This document shows positions 1 to 13,500 of a stretch of DNA of 64,000 nt, piece by piece (within the stretch, counting starts at the first letter, position 1; each line of letters begins with the position of its first letter). Below the pieces are notes generated by a model. The model did not search any database. It was given only the letters and a program-made list of their open reading frames with translations, and was not told where the DNA came from. The stretch is taken from contig OZ193909.1 in assembly GCA_964276515.1 (NCBI GenBank), forward strand, positions 16,430,001 to 16,494,000. The letters run 5' to 3'. The position numbers and the translations under genes are program-made. This stretch comes from Gordius albopunctatus (taxonomy: Eukaryota).

Positions 1-330
1 ATAAATTATGTTCATTAGGTTCCCTAACATAAAGGATATAATATGGGAATTTAAAAAGTTTGTCCCAATTGGTTAAGTTATAAGGGTTTTTGATAATGGA
101 AGTGAATATATTTAGCAGAGATTGTTGGATGGAAGGTCTGGCTCCTCTTGGGATTCTGGAGATAGTATTAGGAAATGGGTTTGTTAAAAAAGAATTGCTC
201 CAAGATGAGTCAGGCGGTTGATTAATTGATGGGGAGCATTGTAAGGATGGGGGGATGACGGGGCTAGGAATTGGCAATAGCACCCCTTTAATAGCATTTT
301 GATTGTTGCCTTTTGGGAAATAACTTTACA
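1..330 (-). mobile_element. Fragment of a CRE-clade-like non-LTR retrotransposon ORF, running off the left edge and lying in the last CARS intron
   Basis: Open minus-strand frame ...PSPVIPPSLQCSP...NTISRIPRGARPSIQQSLLNIFTSIIKNPYNLTNWDKLFKFPYYIL. The RIPxGAR...N...W..LF.F pattern recalls the region N-terminal to the RT in CRE-type elements (motif memory only). Confidence 0.45.
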
Positions 331-585
331 CGCGTTGAAAAAGTTATTTGTAGACAAGTCGCGTTTGGATGTGTTTGATTGTAATGTTAAAATTAAATAA
401 ATAGACGGGGCTGAATTTAATTTGATGATGCATTAGCCAGGGGGCTGGAAGGGCATCGTGTCATATTTTAATAAACACTATACTTGATTTACAAATATTA
501 CCTACCTCTTTTGGACTTTATCTTTTTGCCTTAAAAATTTATTAAAAGCTTGAAAATTATTTTGTTAAACCCATATGTGTACCAG

Positions 586-708
586 GGATTTCCCACGCAC
601 GATGCGCAAGGTGAAATGCTGAGCAAGGCGCAAACCAAGAAGTTGATGAAAATTTATCAGCAACAAGAAAAGAAATACGAAGAATATTTAGCCAAAGCTA
701 GCGCTTAA
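586..708 (+). CDS. CARS1: Last coding exon of cytoplasmic cysteinyl-tRNA synthetase
   Basis: After accag acceptor: GFPTHDAQGEMLSKAQTKKLMKIYQQQEKKYEEYLAKASA*, matching the conserved eukaryotic CysRS C-terminus (GLPTHD..GKELSKGQ.KKL.KL...QEK.Y.EYL). Confidence 0.9.
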   Translation, partial: GFPTHDAQGEMLSKAQTKKLMKIYQQQEKKYEEYLAKASA

Positions 709-1530
709 AGCCTTCAAAAAACCCCGATCTATAAAAGATGTTTTTATTCGTTATTTTATCTTTTTAAAATTTGTCAGAAACTTTATAGAGGCACGGTGAG
801 ACGTGTGTTTGTGTGCGTCTTTTATAACCAAATATTTCGTAACAATTAAATCCAACGCGTTTTACCACCCGCCTCCTCCGCTAATTTAACAACTCGGTTT
901 TATAGCCATTACACATTTCAGCATAACTCTACCCTCTCTTTACTATAATCTTACAAACGCTGTTTTTCATCATTTTACAACCAAAAATCGGTTCATGTGA
1001 TCCATGTATTCGTACATTGAATTCTAAACAAGAGACTATAAACGTGAAGTTTTGTAACCTCCCTGAATATCTCTGTTTGATAAACTTTACGTAATGCTTT
1101 GTTTTTAACCTATGAACAATAATATTTTCCTTACCCATTAGAGCTTCATTGATGCTTTGACTAAATCTAGTCATCTACTCATTTTAAATATTTAAACTTT
1201 ATATTATAAGGGTGCATTAAAAACTAATGGAATTAATAATATTTTGAATCTAAATTTTAAATTATAAATCATCTAATTTACTAATAGTTAGGTCTTAAAT
1301 TTAAATGTGTATGCTGCTGACCTTTCGACCTGGCAATCGTGTATTAAATCGATTTTGATTGTATAAGTAATTATTAAACATTGTAATTTTACATGCAAAT
1401 TTATAAATAAGTGTGAGCAAATAATATATATAACCTTGTTTTTGTTAAATGCCAATATTAAAATTTGGAATTAAAAAGACAAGTAATTCCTGTCATTTCA
1501 ACATGGCTGCCTTTGGTTGGATTAACAATC

Positions 1531-4500
1531 TCACCATAATTCACATTTTTGTGTGAAATTTCTTCGTAAATCTTTCACGTCGCACTGAAAAGTTTTAGCG
1601 AATTCGTCGGAATTTGCCAATGTACCCATAACCCTAAATCGTGTTAAATACTTCACTTTATTTTCTTTTAAATTAATTTTATAAAGAGTAATAATTAGCA
1701 AATGTCATGTGGCAAATATTGGGGTTAGGACAAAAGACCTCTGAATCAAAGACCAGAAATGATTTTCGGGCGGGCACGCTGATAAGATTCGGGCATGCCC
1801 AAAATTTTATCAAATTAATTTTTCCTTGAAAAAAAAATTCGGTTATAAATAATATTGGGCCATAATAAATTCGACTAGATTGTTTTTTAATCGCTTAAAT
1901 CTTCATTGTACGTTTATATAATGTCCTAATTTCAATTTCTTCAAAATTAAATTTTATTTCGAATAAATTAATTTAACTGGTTTGTCTCAAGATCAAAAAA
2001 TTTTAATTTTCAGATTATATTATAAAAGAATAAAATCACAACGATTTAAACTGCCATGGGCGTAGACAAGGGGGGTGGGGGGGGGGCAGGAAGGGGCAGC
2101 TGCCCCCCTCTTAACTCAAAAATTTATTAAAATTATGACTAAATTTCCAAAAAATGATCATTTTGCCCCTTCCTAAATCATTATTGCCCCCTCTAATTTT
2201 AATGCTGGCTACGCCCTTGTAAACTGCTACTCTAATCTAATACTATGGAAGAAACCATTTTACTATCTGGTAGTAAATTATTTTATTACATTTTTATCGC
2301 GTTCAGTTAATGGAAAGGATTGGATTATTTATATTTATGTAGTAGCCAAAGCCATTTCATTGCTCGCAATACACTACACATGTGTGCCGTCTAGACTTAA
2401 AACAAAAGCTCATGCCATTTTCTAACAATGCGCATAATTTTAATTCATTTAATTTTTTAACACTAAAAAAACACGATGGAAAAATAAAGCAAACAAGTCA
2501 CATTAAAGTTATTAAAAATTATAACTATTTTCGGTATCCTAAATTAGCAAGGCTTACAAAAACACTCTTTGCCATCCCGGCGACGAGTGCTGCTAGTGAA
2601 AGAAGTTTTTCTATCGCAGGAAGATTAATATAGGAAAGACGCATAAGATTATACCCGGAAATTGTCGACGATATGAATAATAAAATATTGTCATCTTTTT
2701 TTGGATCAATATGCCATTAATTTAATGCTTATTTTGTAATAGTGGTTGAAAGATATTGGGATTGGATAATTTCGGGTCTACCGGAAAAATTTTATTAATC
2801 AGGCCGGACAGCTCTAATGGTTTGGGCATGGCTGAGCCGACGCTTAGAAGGGTTCAGGCGGGCAATTTAGTTAAAAATTTGGACCCGGCCGGGTTCGGGC
2901 AGAAAAATTGAAACTACTCCGACCTCTTTTTGGGACCTCATAAATTCGGGACTAACGGGCAAATTTAATAATTCGGGCCGGGCTATTCGGGCAGCTTTAA
3001 CAATTCGGGCGGGCCCCTGCGGACACTTAGATGGGTTCGGGCGGGCCCGGGCGGGCAATGAATGTAAAAAATTTATTCGGGCCGGGTTCGGGCAGAAAAC
3101 TCCCAACAAATCTGACCTCTGCTCTGAATTGCACAGAGACCATGTTTGTTGCATTTAATGTTGTAAAAACGGCTGGGGGGTTTTATTTTGTCCACCCTTG
3201 GTTTTAGTCTACTAAACATATAAAACAAACGTTTTTTGGTCTTAGTCTCATCAACAGACTAAAGATAAAAGGGTTAAACCTTTGCTTTGTTGACGCCGTT
3301 TTTACAACACTATTTGCATTGATGGGCGTCTACAAAAAAATTTCCAATGCAAAAATCCTCAAAAATTAAAAATTTTTAGGGTTTGCCCCCCCTCCCGTGA
3401 TTGATTTTTTAAACGTTTCGCCCCGCCCCCTAATCCAAAACCTGGCTACGCTCATGTTTGCATTATATAATTTAAGAATATTAAAAAAATATTCCCATTT
3501 TTTGATTGGTGATGGGCTATTAAATCAGCGGATATAATTATAGACGGTTTGAAGCTAATATTAGCAAACTAAGCGCTAATTCACAGCTCTACAAATATTG
3601 ACTTTGTGATTACATCCCGAAATTTGACGAATAATTATGATAGAGAATTTTGCGCTGAAAAATAATATGTTTTTCAGTTTTTTCCTACGACTACCAGCTT
3701 TTAAGATATATGAGTTTGAAAGTGCCAAAAATGCTCTTTTTAAGGTTAAATTGCCATGGTATTTTTAATATTTAATGAAAAATAGTAATATATTCATGTA
3801 GACTAAGGTTTTATCTATAGGTCCATTATTTTATTTTTTCCCTCTTATCAAAATTCGTTCCACGATGTCTGGTAAACGGAGTACATCGCCATGCTTACTA
3901 ACACATATCTCTCTTCTCTCCCTTCACCTACTCTCCTCTAGAGTTGTTAAATTGCTAAGTTTCTTCAAACTCCAAACGCTAGTACGCACACTGAGTTGCT
4001 TAATATGCGCGTTAACACAATATGTGCTCGCTGTTTGGTGCACTAGGCAGAACAGTAGCATATAAAAATGCTCGAGGGCCGAGCTGAAACTTGAGCAGAT
4101 GGTAGCTGGAGTTGAAGAAAGTTAGCAATTTAACAACTCTATCACCTCTCTTTCTCCTCCACTCCCGCCCCCTTCATGTGTGCTTGGTAGAGTTGTTATA
4201 TTGCTAACTTTCTTCAACTCCAGCTACCATCTGCTCGAGTTTATGCTCGGCCCTCGAGCATTTTTATATGCTACTGCTCTGCCTAGTGCACCAAAAGCGA
4301 CCACATTTGTGCTAACGCGCATATTAAGCAACTCAGTGTGCGTGCTCGCGTCTGGAATTTGAAGAAAGTTAGCAATTCAACAACTCTAGTGCTTGGATAG
4401 ATATGGGGGCGGGAGTGGAGGAGATGGAGAATGGGAGAGAGAGATGCGTTAGTATAGTATTTACTCTAATGTACTCCTTTTTCCAGACATAGCGGGACGA

Positions 4501-7500
4501 ATTTTGACAAGAGGGAGGTGTTCACAAAAACGCGAATAAATTTAAATATAGAGATGTAACAAAAAAAACTTTAATCTACATGAATATATTACTATTTTTC
4601 ACTAAATATTAAAAATACCGTGGTAATTTAGCCTTAAAAAGTGGCATTTTTGGCACTTTCAAACTCATATATCTTAAAAGCTGGTAATCGTAGAAAAAAA
4701 CTAAAAACATATTATTTTTCAGCGCAAAATTCTCTATCATAATTATTGGTCAGATTGCGAGATGTTATAATCTATTTTTTGGCTACAGACAGAGGGAATA
4801 AAAATTTTCACTAAAAATGGCTTCCTAAGGTTACTTAATGAATTTTATTACAAAAATCAGCTGTTTGTCAGTCTATTGTATTATTTATTAGTGTATGGAG
4901 CTAATATATAGGATGGGCGTAGCCCGGTTTTGGATTAGGAAGGGGGCTAAAATTTTTTAAATTGAATTGGGGGGGGGGAGGGTGCAAAACATAATATTTT
5001 TTTTAATTTTAAGCGTTTTTGTATTAAAAAAAATTTATTGTCATTTAGCGCCCCCCCCGGCTACCCCCATGAATATAACTGCTAATTACAAATCTTGGTT
5101 ACAAATTTTTAGTATTTATCATTATTTTTTTTATTATTAATCCACTTTTTAAATGAGTTATTATGAAATACCTTAAATGAGGTAAGGTATGTTCTCCAGA
5201 TTCCATACGATTGAGTAATGTTTCTTTCGAACCGATTGCACACTCACCCTAATTTTTAAGCCAAATAAAAAATATAAGAAAATTAAAATTAATTAAAATA
5301 ACTAATTAAACCAGAAAATAACTTGGGCATAGGCTTGAAAAAACATTTCTTTTTCGGGTGTGCCATCGAGGGACATAATTCTCTGGTTGCCATTATATTC
5401 AATTTTTGAATTCAATGCCTGAAGTTAGAATGTATTTAAATATTTTTCATTAAAATTTTGTCTAAAAAGAATATATGATAGATGTCACGTCTTATTACTC
5501 TAAGATGAAGTATGTTTAAATCATTAAAATGCTATAATATTTTGACAAATTTTACAATTTTTATTATCATGTTTTATCAACTAAAACCAAAAATTTCAAT
5601 TTGCGATTTCAGTGATAAATGATCTAATTCATGAATGATTAACGAATACTATTCTTTATTGCTAATTGTGTGTAACTTTGTTTACAAAATTTAATTTAAA
5701 GTATGTATATAGTAAACTCGGACCTTCGGCCCTCGTGGGAAGGGGGAACGAAACTCATCTATACTCCGTACAAACTTAGCATTTTTGCTATGCAATTTAT
5801 GGGCGAGAAAGGTGGGAAGGGGCGAGAATACCTATAGGGGGGTATCAAATGCAAAATAATTGAACTGACGGGCATAGGTTAATTATCAATGTTAACCTAA
5901 TATACCAATTCAAAAGCGAAAATAATTTAATGTCCTCTCCGGGGATTGAACCAGCAAGTCAGAAAGTTGAAAGACGGTGTAAGTACGTTGGAGGACAGAC
6001 GGGTATAGGGAAATTATCAATGTTAACCTAATATACCAATTCAAAAGCGAAATAAAAACTCGAATCACAATTTGGCCAATTTTTTTATTGATCAGTAGCC
6101 AGCGGACGGCCAAAAAGTCATATTATCAATGGTATTAACAAGAAAAAAATATTAGATTAATTAAAAAAAATAACAAAAACAGCATACTCATGTAAGAATA
6201 TTAATCAGTGGGACTATGGTATCAAAGGCTGTTTTGTGTTGTAAAATAAAGTTCCGCTTTGAGAAAAATTACTTTGAGTATTTTAATTTAGGTCATGCGA
6301 CATTATTGAGATGCCACAAATTTTTTAAGTGCCCTCAATGTGAGCAATGAAACAAACATTCACCTGACATTTAAATTTTCAGTCTGTTTGAAATGTAATA
6401 TTTTATAAAAAATACCAATATATCTCATCTTTACTACCGTATCAACTGACTCATGTAATAATTTTGCGGCTAGGTTTCGTTCGATTAATAATGACTACTT
6501 GCTTTATTATTTCCGCATATCAATACATTTTTATTATAAGTTTTTAACGTATTTTGAGCTAACTATTTGGATAAAAAATATTGACAATGATAATGTATGT
6601 AATTACTAACTGCATTAATATCATCCCTACAACATTCCCTTAGGTATGAACATTGTACTTATGTACGGAATGGAATAGTCAGTGACTGATAAGTTGGCCC
6701 GCGCGTTTTGTGCCGATTCATTCCTTTAAGAGGCGAGGGGTGGAGCGCAATCGATCGAAAAGCTATGTCCCGCTTCCCCCCCCCTTAACTTGCTAACTTG
6801 CTGGGGGAGAGAGGGGAGGGGAAAGGGGAGAAACCAGTAAACAATAAAAAATATAAAAACTCGGGCCTTCGGTCCTCGTGGAAAGGGGGAGTAGGGAAGG
6901 GGAAGGGGAGGGGGAACGACTCATCTATACTCCATATAAACGTAGCATATTTGCTATGCAATTTATGGGCGAGAAAGGTGGGAAGGGGCGAAAATCAAAA
7001 TTATTAGTTAATTATTTATAAAAATTTTCCATCTAATTAAAAATTTTTTTGGCCTCTCCGGGATTCGAACGCCATATCTGGAGAGGCATAAGCCTTTGTA
7101 AGGGGGGGGGCACAGGGACCCATATCAGTAGAGGCATAGGCCCTTCTAGGAGAGGGCATAGAGTAATTATAAATGTTAGACAAAAAAAATGAAAAACAAT
7201 TTCGCTTCACACTTTGGCCAATGGTCATTTTTTTATTGGTCAGCAGCCAGCGGACGGCCAAAAAAGTCACATTATCAATGGTATTAACAGGAACAATCAT
7301 AAGAGACAAAAAAACGGAGAAAAAAAATTTCGATGCACACTTTGGCCAATGGTCATTCTTTCATTGGTCAGCAGCCAGGGGACGGCCAAAAAGTGATATT
7401 AGCAATGGTAGTAACAAGAACAATCAATGTTAGGCTAAATATTTGTTTACTCCTCACTTCAGGCAAAAAATACACTTAGAGCAATTCCCCTCCTTATCTA

Positions 7501-10500
7501 TACTGTTAAAAAGCATTGGGGCTACTTGATAAAATTTTATCTTTTTATATTTATATATCATCTTCAGACAAAAATAAAATATATAACACTTATTAATGTT
7601 AGACTTGTTTAGAAATCAAAATGCACAGGAAAATTTACGCAAATGAGAACTTTTAAATACCACGAGGAAACATAAACATGTTATAATCTAAATTTAAAAG
7701 TTAAAATGTATAAGTCTAATATTTATTTATAATCATATTAAATTAATCCTATAAATAAATTCTAACTTTCCTAAGCCCACTTCTTAAATTTTAACAGACG
7801 ATCTAAATTACAATGTTATACAAAATTGAAGTAGTCAGCGGAAGGTCAAAAAGTCATATTATCAGTGGTATTAACAAAAACACAATATTAATTTAATTAA
7901 AAAAAAATTTGTCTTCTCCGGGGATTGAACTCTAATTGTTTTATTATATTAAAGAAAATTGTATTTCAAATGAATTAGCTAACTAGAAAAAAAAATAATG
8001 GTATTATTGTATAATAAGTAACAGCATTAATCAGCAATTTTTTCAAAAACATTTAATTTTAGTCGGATTTGATGACTAAAACAGAATTTGTATTTGGTTT
8101 GTCATATTATATATAAACTAAAAATAGTGGGTCCATAAAATCCATGACGTGATAAAATTCGTGCCCCATTTCAATATATAAAATTTACAAGTCTAATATT
8201 TATTTATAATCATATTAAATTAATCCTATAAATAAATTTTAACTTTCCTAAGCCCACTTTTTAAATTTTAACAGACGATCTAAATTACAATGTTATACAA
8301 ATTTGAAAAATTCAAATAAAATTGATGTTCTTTTGTAATTATCTGTTTATAAAAACAACGTTTGCCGGGTCAGCTAGTTAAATATAAAGTATAAACTCCT
8401 CAAACCAATATTAATGTTTATTTATTTGGGACTATCTTTTTATATTTATATATCATCTTCAGAAAAAAAATAAAATATATAAAAATTTTGCCCTCTCCGG
8501 GATTCGAACCCACATCAGTAGAGGCATAGGCTTTTGTAGGAGCACAGGGACCCATATCAGTAGAAGCAAGGGCCCTTCTAGTGGAGGGCATAGGGTAATT
8601 ATCAATGTTAACCAATTCAAAAACGAACAAAAAAATTTCGATTTATTTGGGCATTGGTCATTTTTTCCATTGGTCAGTAGCTAGCGGAAGGTCAAAAAGT
8701 CATATTATCCCGAGTATTTACAAGAACAAAATATTAATTTAATTTAAAAAAACTAAAAAAAAAGTTTGTCCTCTCCGGGGATTGAACTCGAACCTCCAGG
8801 TCAGGAAGCTGGTGTAAATAACTTGGTAGACATCAGACATCAGACAACGGACAACAAAAAACGAGCCTATAAATTGCATAGCAATTAAAAAATGTGTCAG
8901 TAATTATCTTGATAATTTATGTTGTTTTATAGGCTGAATAGCAAAAAAAAATTAGACTATTTTCTGTCAGCCCTTTTAACTTAAAATTAAGTTTCAAATT
9001 TAACAAATAATCATCGATTTGATTACTTGGATTATAAAGATTAAAATTTCCAAATCCTTCGTGTGATCAATTATTTTAAAATTATTTATGCTCGGGTTGG
9101 CCTTATTCATCAGGCCAAACTCGAGATCAACTATTTTATCCTTTGCACGAGCTCGGTATCATTAAACATTTTTTCGCCAGATGTAAAAGGGAGGAAATTA
9201 TTTTATGTTAGGTAAATCGAGGGTTTATTTTAATAAAGTGTTCTAGGGGATAGGTACCAGGTGGGATTTTATGACAATTCCAGGGCACTCACCCTACCAG
9301 CCCTTCTGCAAAATTTTATTATCAAGTTTATAATATCGACTTAAAATTTTTTAATTATCTTATACCAGATTAAAGTTAATTTATTGTGCGCGATTATTAA
9401 CATTAACCAAAAAATTTAGAAGCATTCAAAAAGGTCATGTGAAATTTTGATCAAAACTCGGTTTAACCAGAGTATCGAATGTGTTTAATTGACCCATTTA
9501 ATTTGACAAACTTAAAATTAGGGCAATATTTTCAGTGCTATCAAGGACGCCACAATTTGTGGACTATATTAATCGCAGAAAAAACCTTTTTGATCAATAT
9601 ATATTTTTTACTTCGCTCTTAAAAAATGATAGCAGCTCTAAATTATTTTATAATTTTCATCTTTATATTAAGCAATCTAATCGGTAATTTAATATGGTGA
9701 TTTAAATGTAATAATTTCTGTCTGGTAGAATGTTCATCTTTGAGGGATCTATCTGTCGCAGAGAAAAGTAAATTTTTATATTGTTTAACTATATATACCT
9801 TATTTATTATAGAAAGCGGTGAAGCAAAAAGAGGTAATCTATTTCATAGCTTGCCTTTAAATATATTTTTTAACTGATCAGGTGGTTTGTGGTGGTGGGA
9901 TATTCCCTTTTTTCCAACCAATCCAACCACGCCAACAAGTAAATTTGCGATTTTGCCAATATTATGCGCTCGTAAAAGATTATATACATATGATCGGGGA
10001 GAGGGGGGGGGGCGGCTAAGCATGGGCTAAGATGTGATTTTAATTGCAATCAAGTTATAATCATGTGATTTTATTTATTCAATTTCTATTTAACATAACA
10101 TTCACCTTGTGAAGAAAGTTAGGTGAATGCGCTTAACAAACAAAATCTGGGTTAAATAAAATTTGCTTTTCATCATAAAATTAACTCTAACACTAATATA
10201 TCGTTAAGCCACGTCCAGCAACGTTACAGTAGCCGTCTTCAATTGTGCCAATATCATTTGTCCTTTCGGATCTCTGGAATTCATCCTTCCAGATGGGTGC
10301 AAAGAATGTAAGTATCGCAAAATCTCAATTATTTTGATTGGCGAATTTCCTATGATTAGTGTATGATCATAATAGTTTTGTTAAGTCGAGCTTTGGTTTT
10401 ACTAAGACAAACAACGGTCGTTTCTGGTCTCTTTTTCAAATTAATAAGCCTAGAGGTAGACTAAGAAAAAAATGGACCATAGAACCTTTGGTCTGTTTAT

Positions 10501-13500
10501 GTTAAGTCGACTAAAACCAAAGGCTGACCAAACAGAATCCAGCCAGCCGTTTTTACAACACTATATCATAGTAGAGTATAAAAGCCTAATATTTAAAAAA
10601 ATATATATGTTTATGGACGTTATTAGGTCCAAAAAGGTATTTTGCTAAAATGATGGGTAAATTAACATTACTTTGCCCCCCCCCTCTTATTTAAATCCTG
10701 GCGACGCCCGAGGATATGTTATTCGCCAAAATTAACCATACCCAGTGAGATTGGGGTATATTAATTGCTATGTATATTCAACTAAAAATACAATAAATAA
10801 ATAGTTGGGCTAATTCCGTTTTATCTCGGCCAATAAAAGTTGCATATTTTTATGCTAGGTCGTTATTGGAGAGGACGTCGTAAGGTGAGTCAAAATATTA
10901 CTATCAAATTATCCCATAAAATTATATAATTTATTTTAATATGTTATTAAATTTTAGAGAAAAGCTGAAGAACAAGACGAAGGTGTTGATCCGGCGGAAT
11001 TCGCTGATTTTGATTAGCAAACTTTTTGTCTTTATTATTAAAGAAATCATGATATTTAAAGCGTCTTTATAATTTATAATAAATCTCTAAATTCAGTAAA
11101 AATTTTGTATTGGTGTCTATCATTTATATAGGCAAAAATAAAAATGTTTACTAATCCTACTTAAATGTGATATTATATCAATGTCAATGTTGAGAGAAGT
11201 TTAACGGTGAGGCCGTCGTTTTTAAAGTGCCACCATATATAAAGTAAAGTCTATGTATATATATGTGTATGTATGTAAGAGCTAAATTCTGAAACTACGG
11301 GCCCGATTCGCGCGAAACTTTAACCGTAGGTTCCCAGGGTGGCCAGGGGTAAAATAGCTTTTTCAGATTCCTAAAATTCCTTTTAATTTTCGAGATATTG
11401 GCTTTTATACGTTTTGACGTATATTAAAATGTCAATCAAACGCAACCTCATCGTGTTCTTGGCAAATTTGAATATATACAGTTCTTTAGTAAAAGTGTAG
11501 GACTTATAGTATTTTCTAAAACGTCATCTTTTTTTAACGGTGACAACATATAATTTATCAATTAAACCTGAAATAAATAAAATTATAGATTATTTGAGAA
11601 AATATATAGGTGAAGAAGATGAATTTTTCTCATTATCATTAAATGAGATATTTTAAATGAGAAAGATGGAAGTATATATAATTTAAATGTAATGAAAAAT
11701 ATTAAATAATAGTGTTTGTTTCTTAATTTTGTCTACCCCACTTCTTAAGTTTTAACAGACGATCTAAATTACAATGTTATACAAATTTGAAAAATTCAAA
11801 TAAAATTGATGTTCTTTTTGCTTAATTCCAATCATATATTTTCAAACATAGCAAATGCAAAACGACGGAATATTTGTATGCATTTAGTTAGTAACACATC
11901 TAAAAATAGGATTTGCCCTTGCCGGGATTCGAACCCAAATTAATACAATTAAGAGGCATAGTTTTTGTAGGGGGGGGGCACAAAGACCCTTATCAGAAGA
12001 GGAAAAGGCCCTTCTAGGGGAGGACATAAGGTAATTATCAATGTCAACCTAATATACCAATTCAAAAACAAAAAAATGTATAATCACAATTTGGCCAATG
12101 GTCCTTTTTTTATTGTTCAGCACCAAGAGACGGTCTATAAATACATACGAGTCAAAAAAAACGAAAAAAGAATTTCGAATCACATTTTGGCCAATGGTAA
12201 TTTTTTTCAATTGGTCAGTACGCAGAGACGGTCTATAAATACATATGGGTCAAAAAAAGAAGAAAAAATTTCGATTCACATTTTGGCCAATGGTCATTTT
12301 TATCATTGGTCAGTAGCCAGGGCACGGTCAAAAATTCATATTATCAATGGTATTAACAAGAACAAAATCAAAATTTAATTTAAAAAATTAAAAAAAAAAT
12401 TTGTCGTCTCCCGTGATTGAACACGAACCTCCAGGTCGGGAAGCTGGTGTAAATAAATTGGAGGGTAACGGACAGACAATGGACGGACAACGGACAACAA
12501 AAAACTAGTCCATAAATTGCATAGCAATTAATAATATTTTATTCGATTTGGAAGTTATAGAAATACGAGTCAAAAAAAAATCGATTCCCACTTTGCCAAA
12601 TGGTGATTTTTACCGTTGGTCAGCAGTCAGCGGACGGCCAAAAAGCCATATTATCAATGGTATTAACAAAAACAATATATTAATTTGAGAAAAACGAAAA
12701 AAAAATTCGATTCACATTTTGGCCAATGGTCATTTTTATCATTGGTCAGTAGCCAGTGGACGGTCAAAAAGTCATATTATCCATGGTATTAACAAGAACA
12801 AAATATTAATTTAATTTTAAAAAAAATAAAAATTTGCTCTCTCCGGGATTCGAACCCACATCAGTAGAGGCATAAGCCTTTGTAAGGGCACAGGGACCCA
12901 TATCAGTAGAGGCATAGGCCTTTGTAGGTGAGGGCATAGGGTAATTAGCAATCTTAACCATTTCAAGCACGAAAAAAAAATCGATTCGTAATTTAGCCAA
13001 TGGTCATTTTTTTCATTGGTCAGTAGCAAGAACACGGTCAGAAAGTCAAATTATCAATGGTATTAACAAGAACAATATACTAATTTAATTTAAAAAAAAT
13101 AAAAATTTTGCCTCTCCGGGATTCGAACCAGCAATTCAGAACGTTCGCCGGGATTTGAACCTACATTAATAGAGTCAAAGGCATTTGTAGGGGCACAGGG
13201 ACCCATATCAGTAGAGGCATAGGTCCTTGTAGTGGAGGGCATAGGGTAATTATCAATGTTATTTATGACCCAATTCAAAAACTAGAAAAAAAAATCGATT
13301 TATTTGGCCAATGGTCATTTTTTCATTGGTCAGTAGCCAGGGCACGGTCAAAAATTCATATTATCAATGATATTAACAAGAATAAAATATAAATTTAATT
13401 TAAAAAATTTAAAAAAATTTTTTGTCCTCTCCCGGGATTGAACACGAACCTCCAGGTCGGGAAGCTGGTGTAAATAAATTGGAGGGTAACGGACAACGGA

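Larger units (their letters stand above)
3610..4767. mobile_element. Foldback (long-inverted-repeat) element carrying two nested MITEs
   Basis: 3610-3930 is the near reverse complement of 4430-4767 (e.g. gatagagaattttgcgctgaaaaataatatg / catattatttttcagcgcaaaattctctatc). Confidence 0.8.

Noticed and set aside
929..1174. 81-aa ORF or possible small spliced gene between CARS and the M13 3' end
   Set aside because: No recognisable motif, and no consistent exon chain with plausible intron lengths could be built.
7037..7433. Recurrent short ORFs (NYPMPSPTRAYASTDMGPCAP..., WPMVIFFIGQQPADGQK...) that look like a peptide family
   Set aside because: They are readings of HINE modules in varying frames with frequent frameshifts, and show no consistent start or splice structure.
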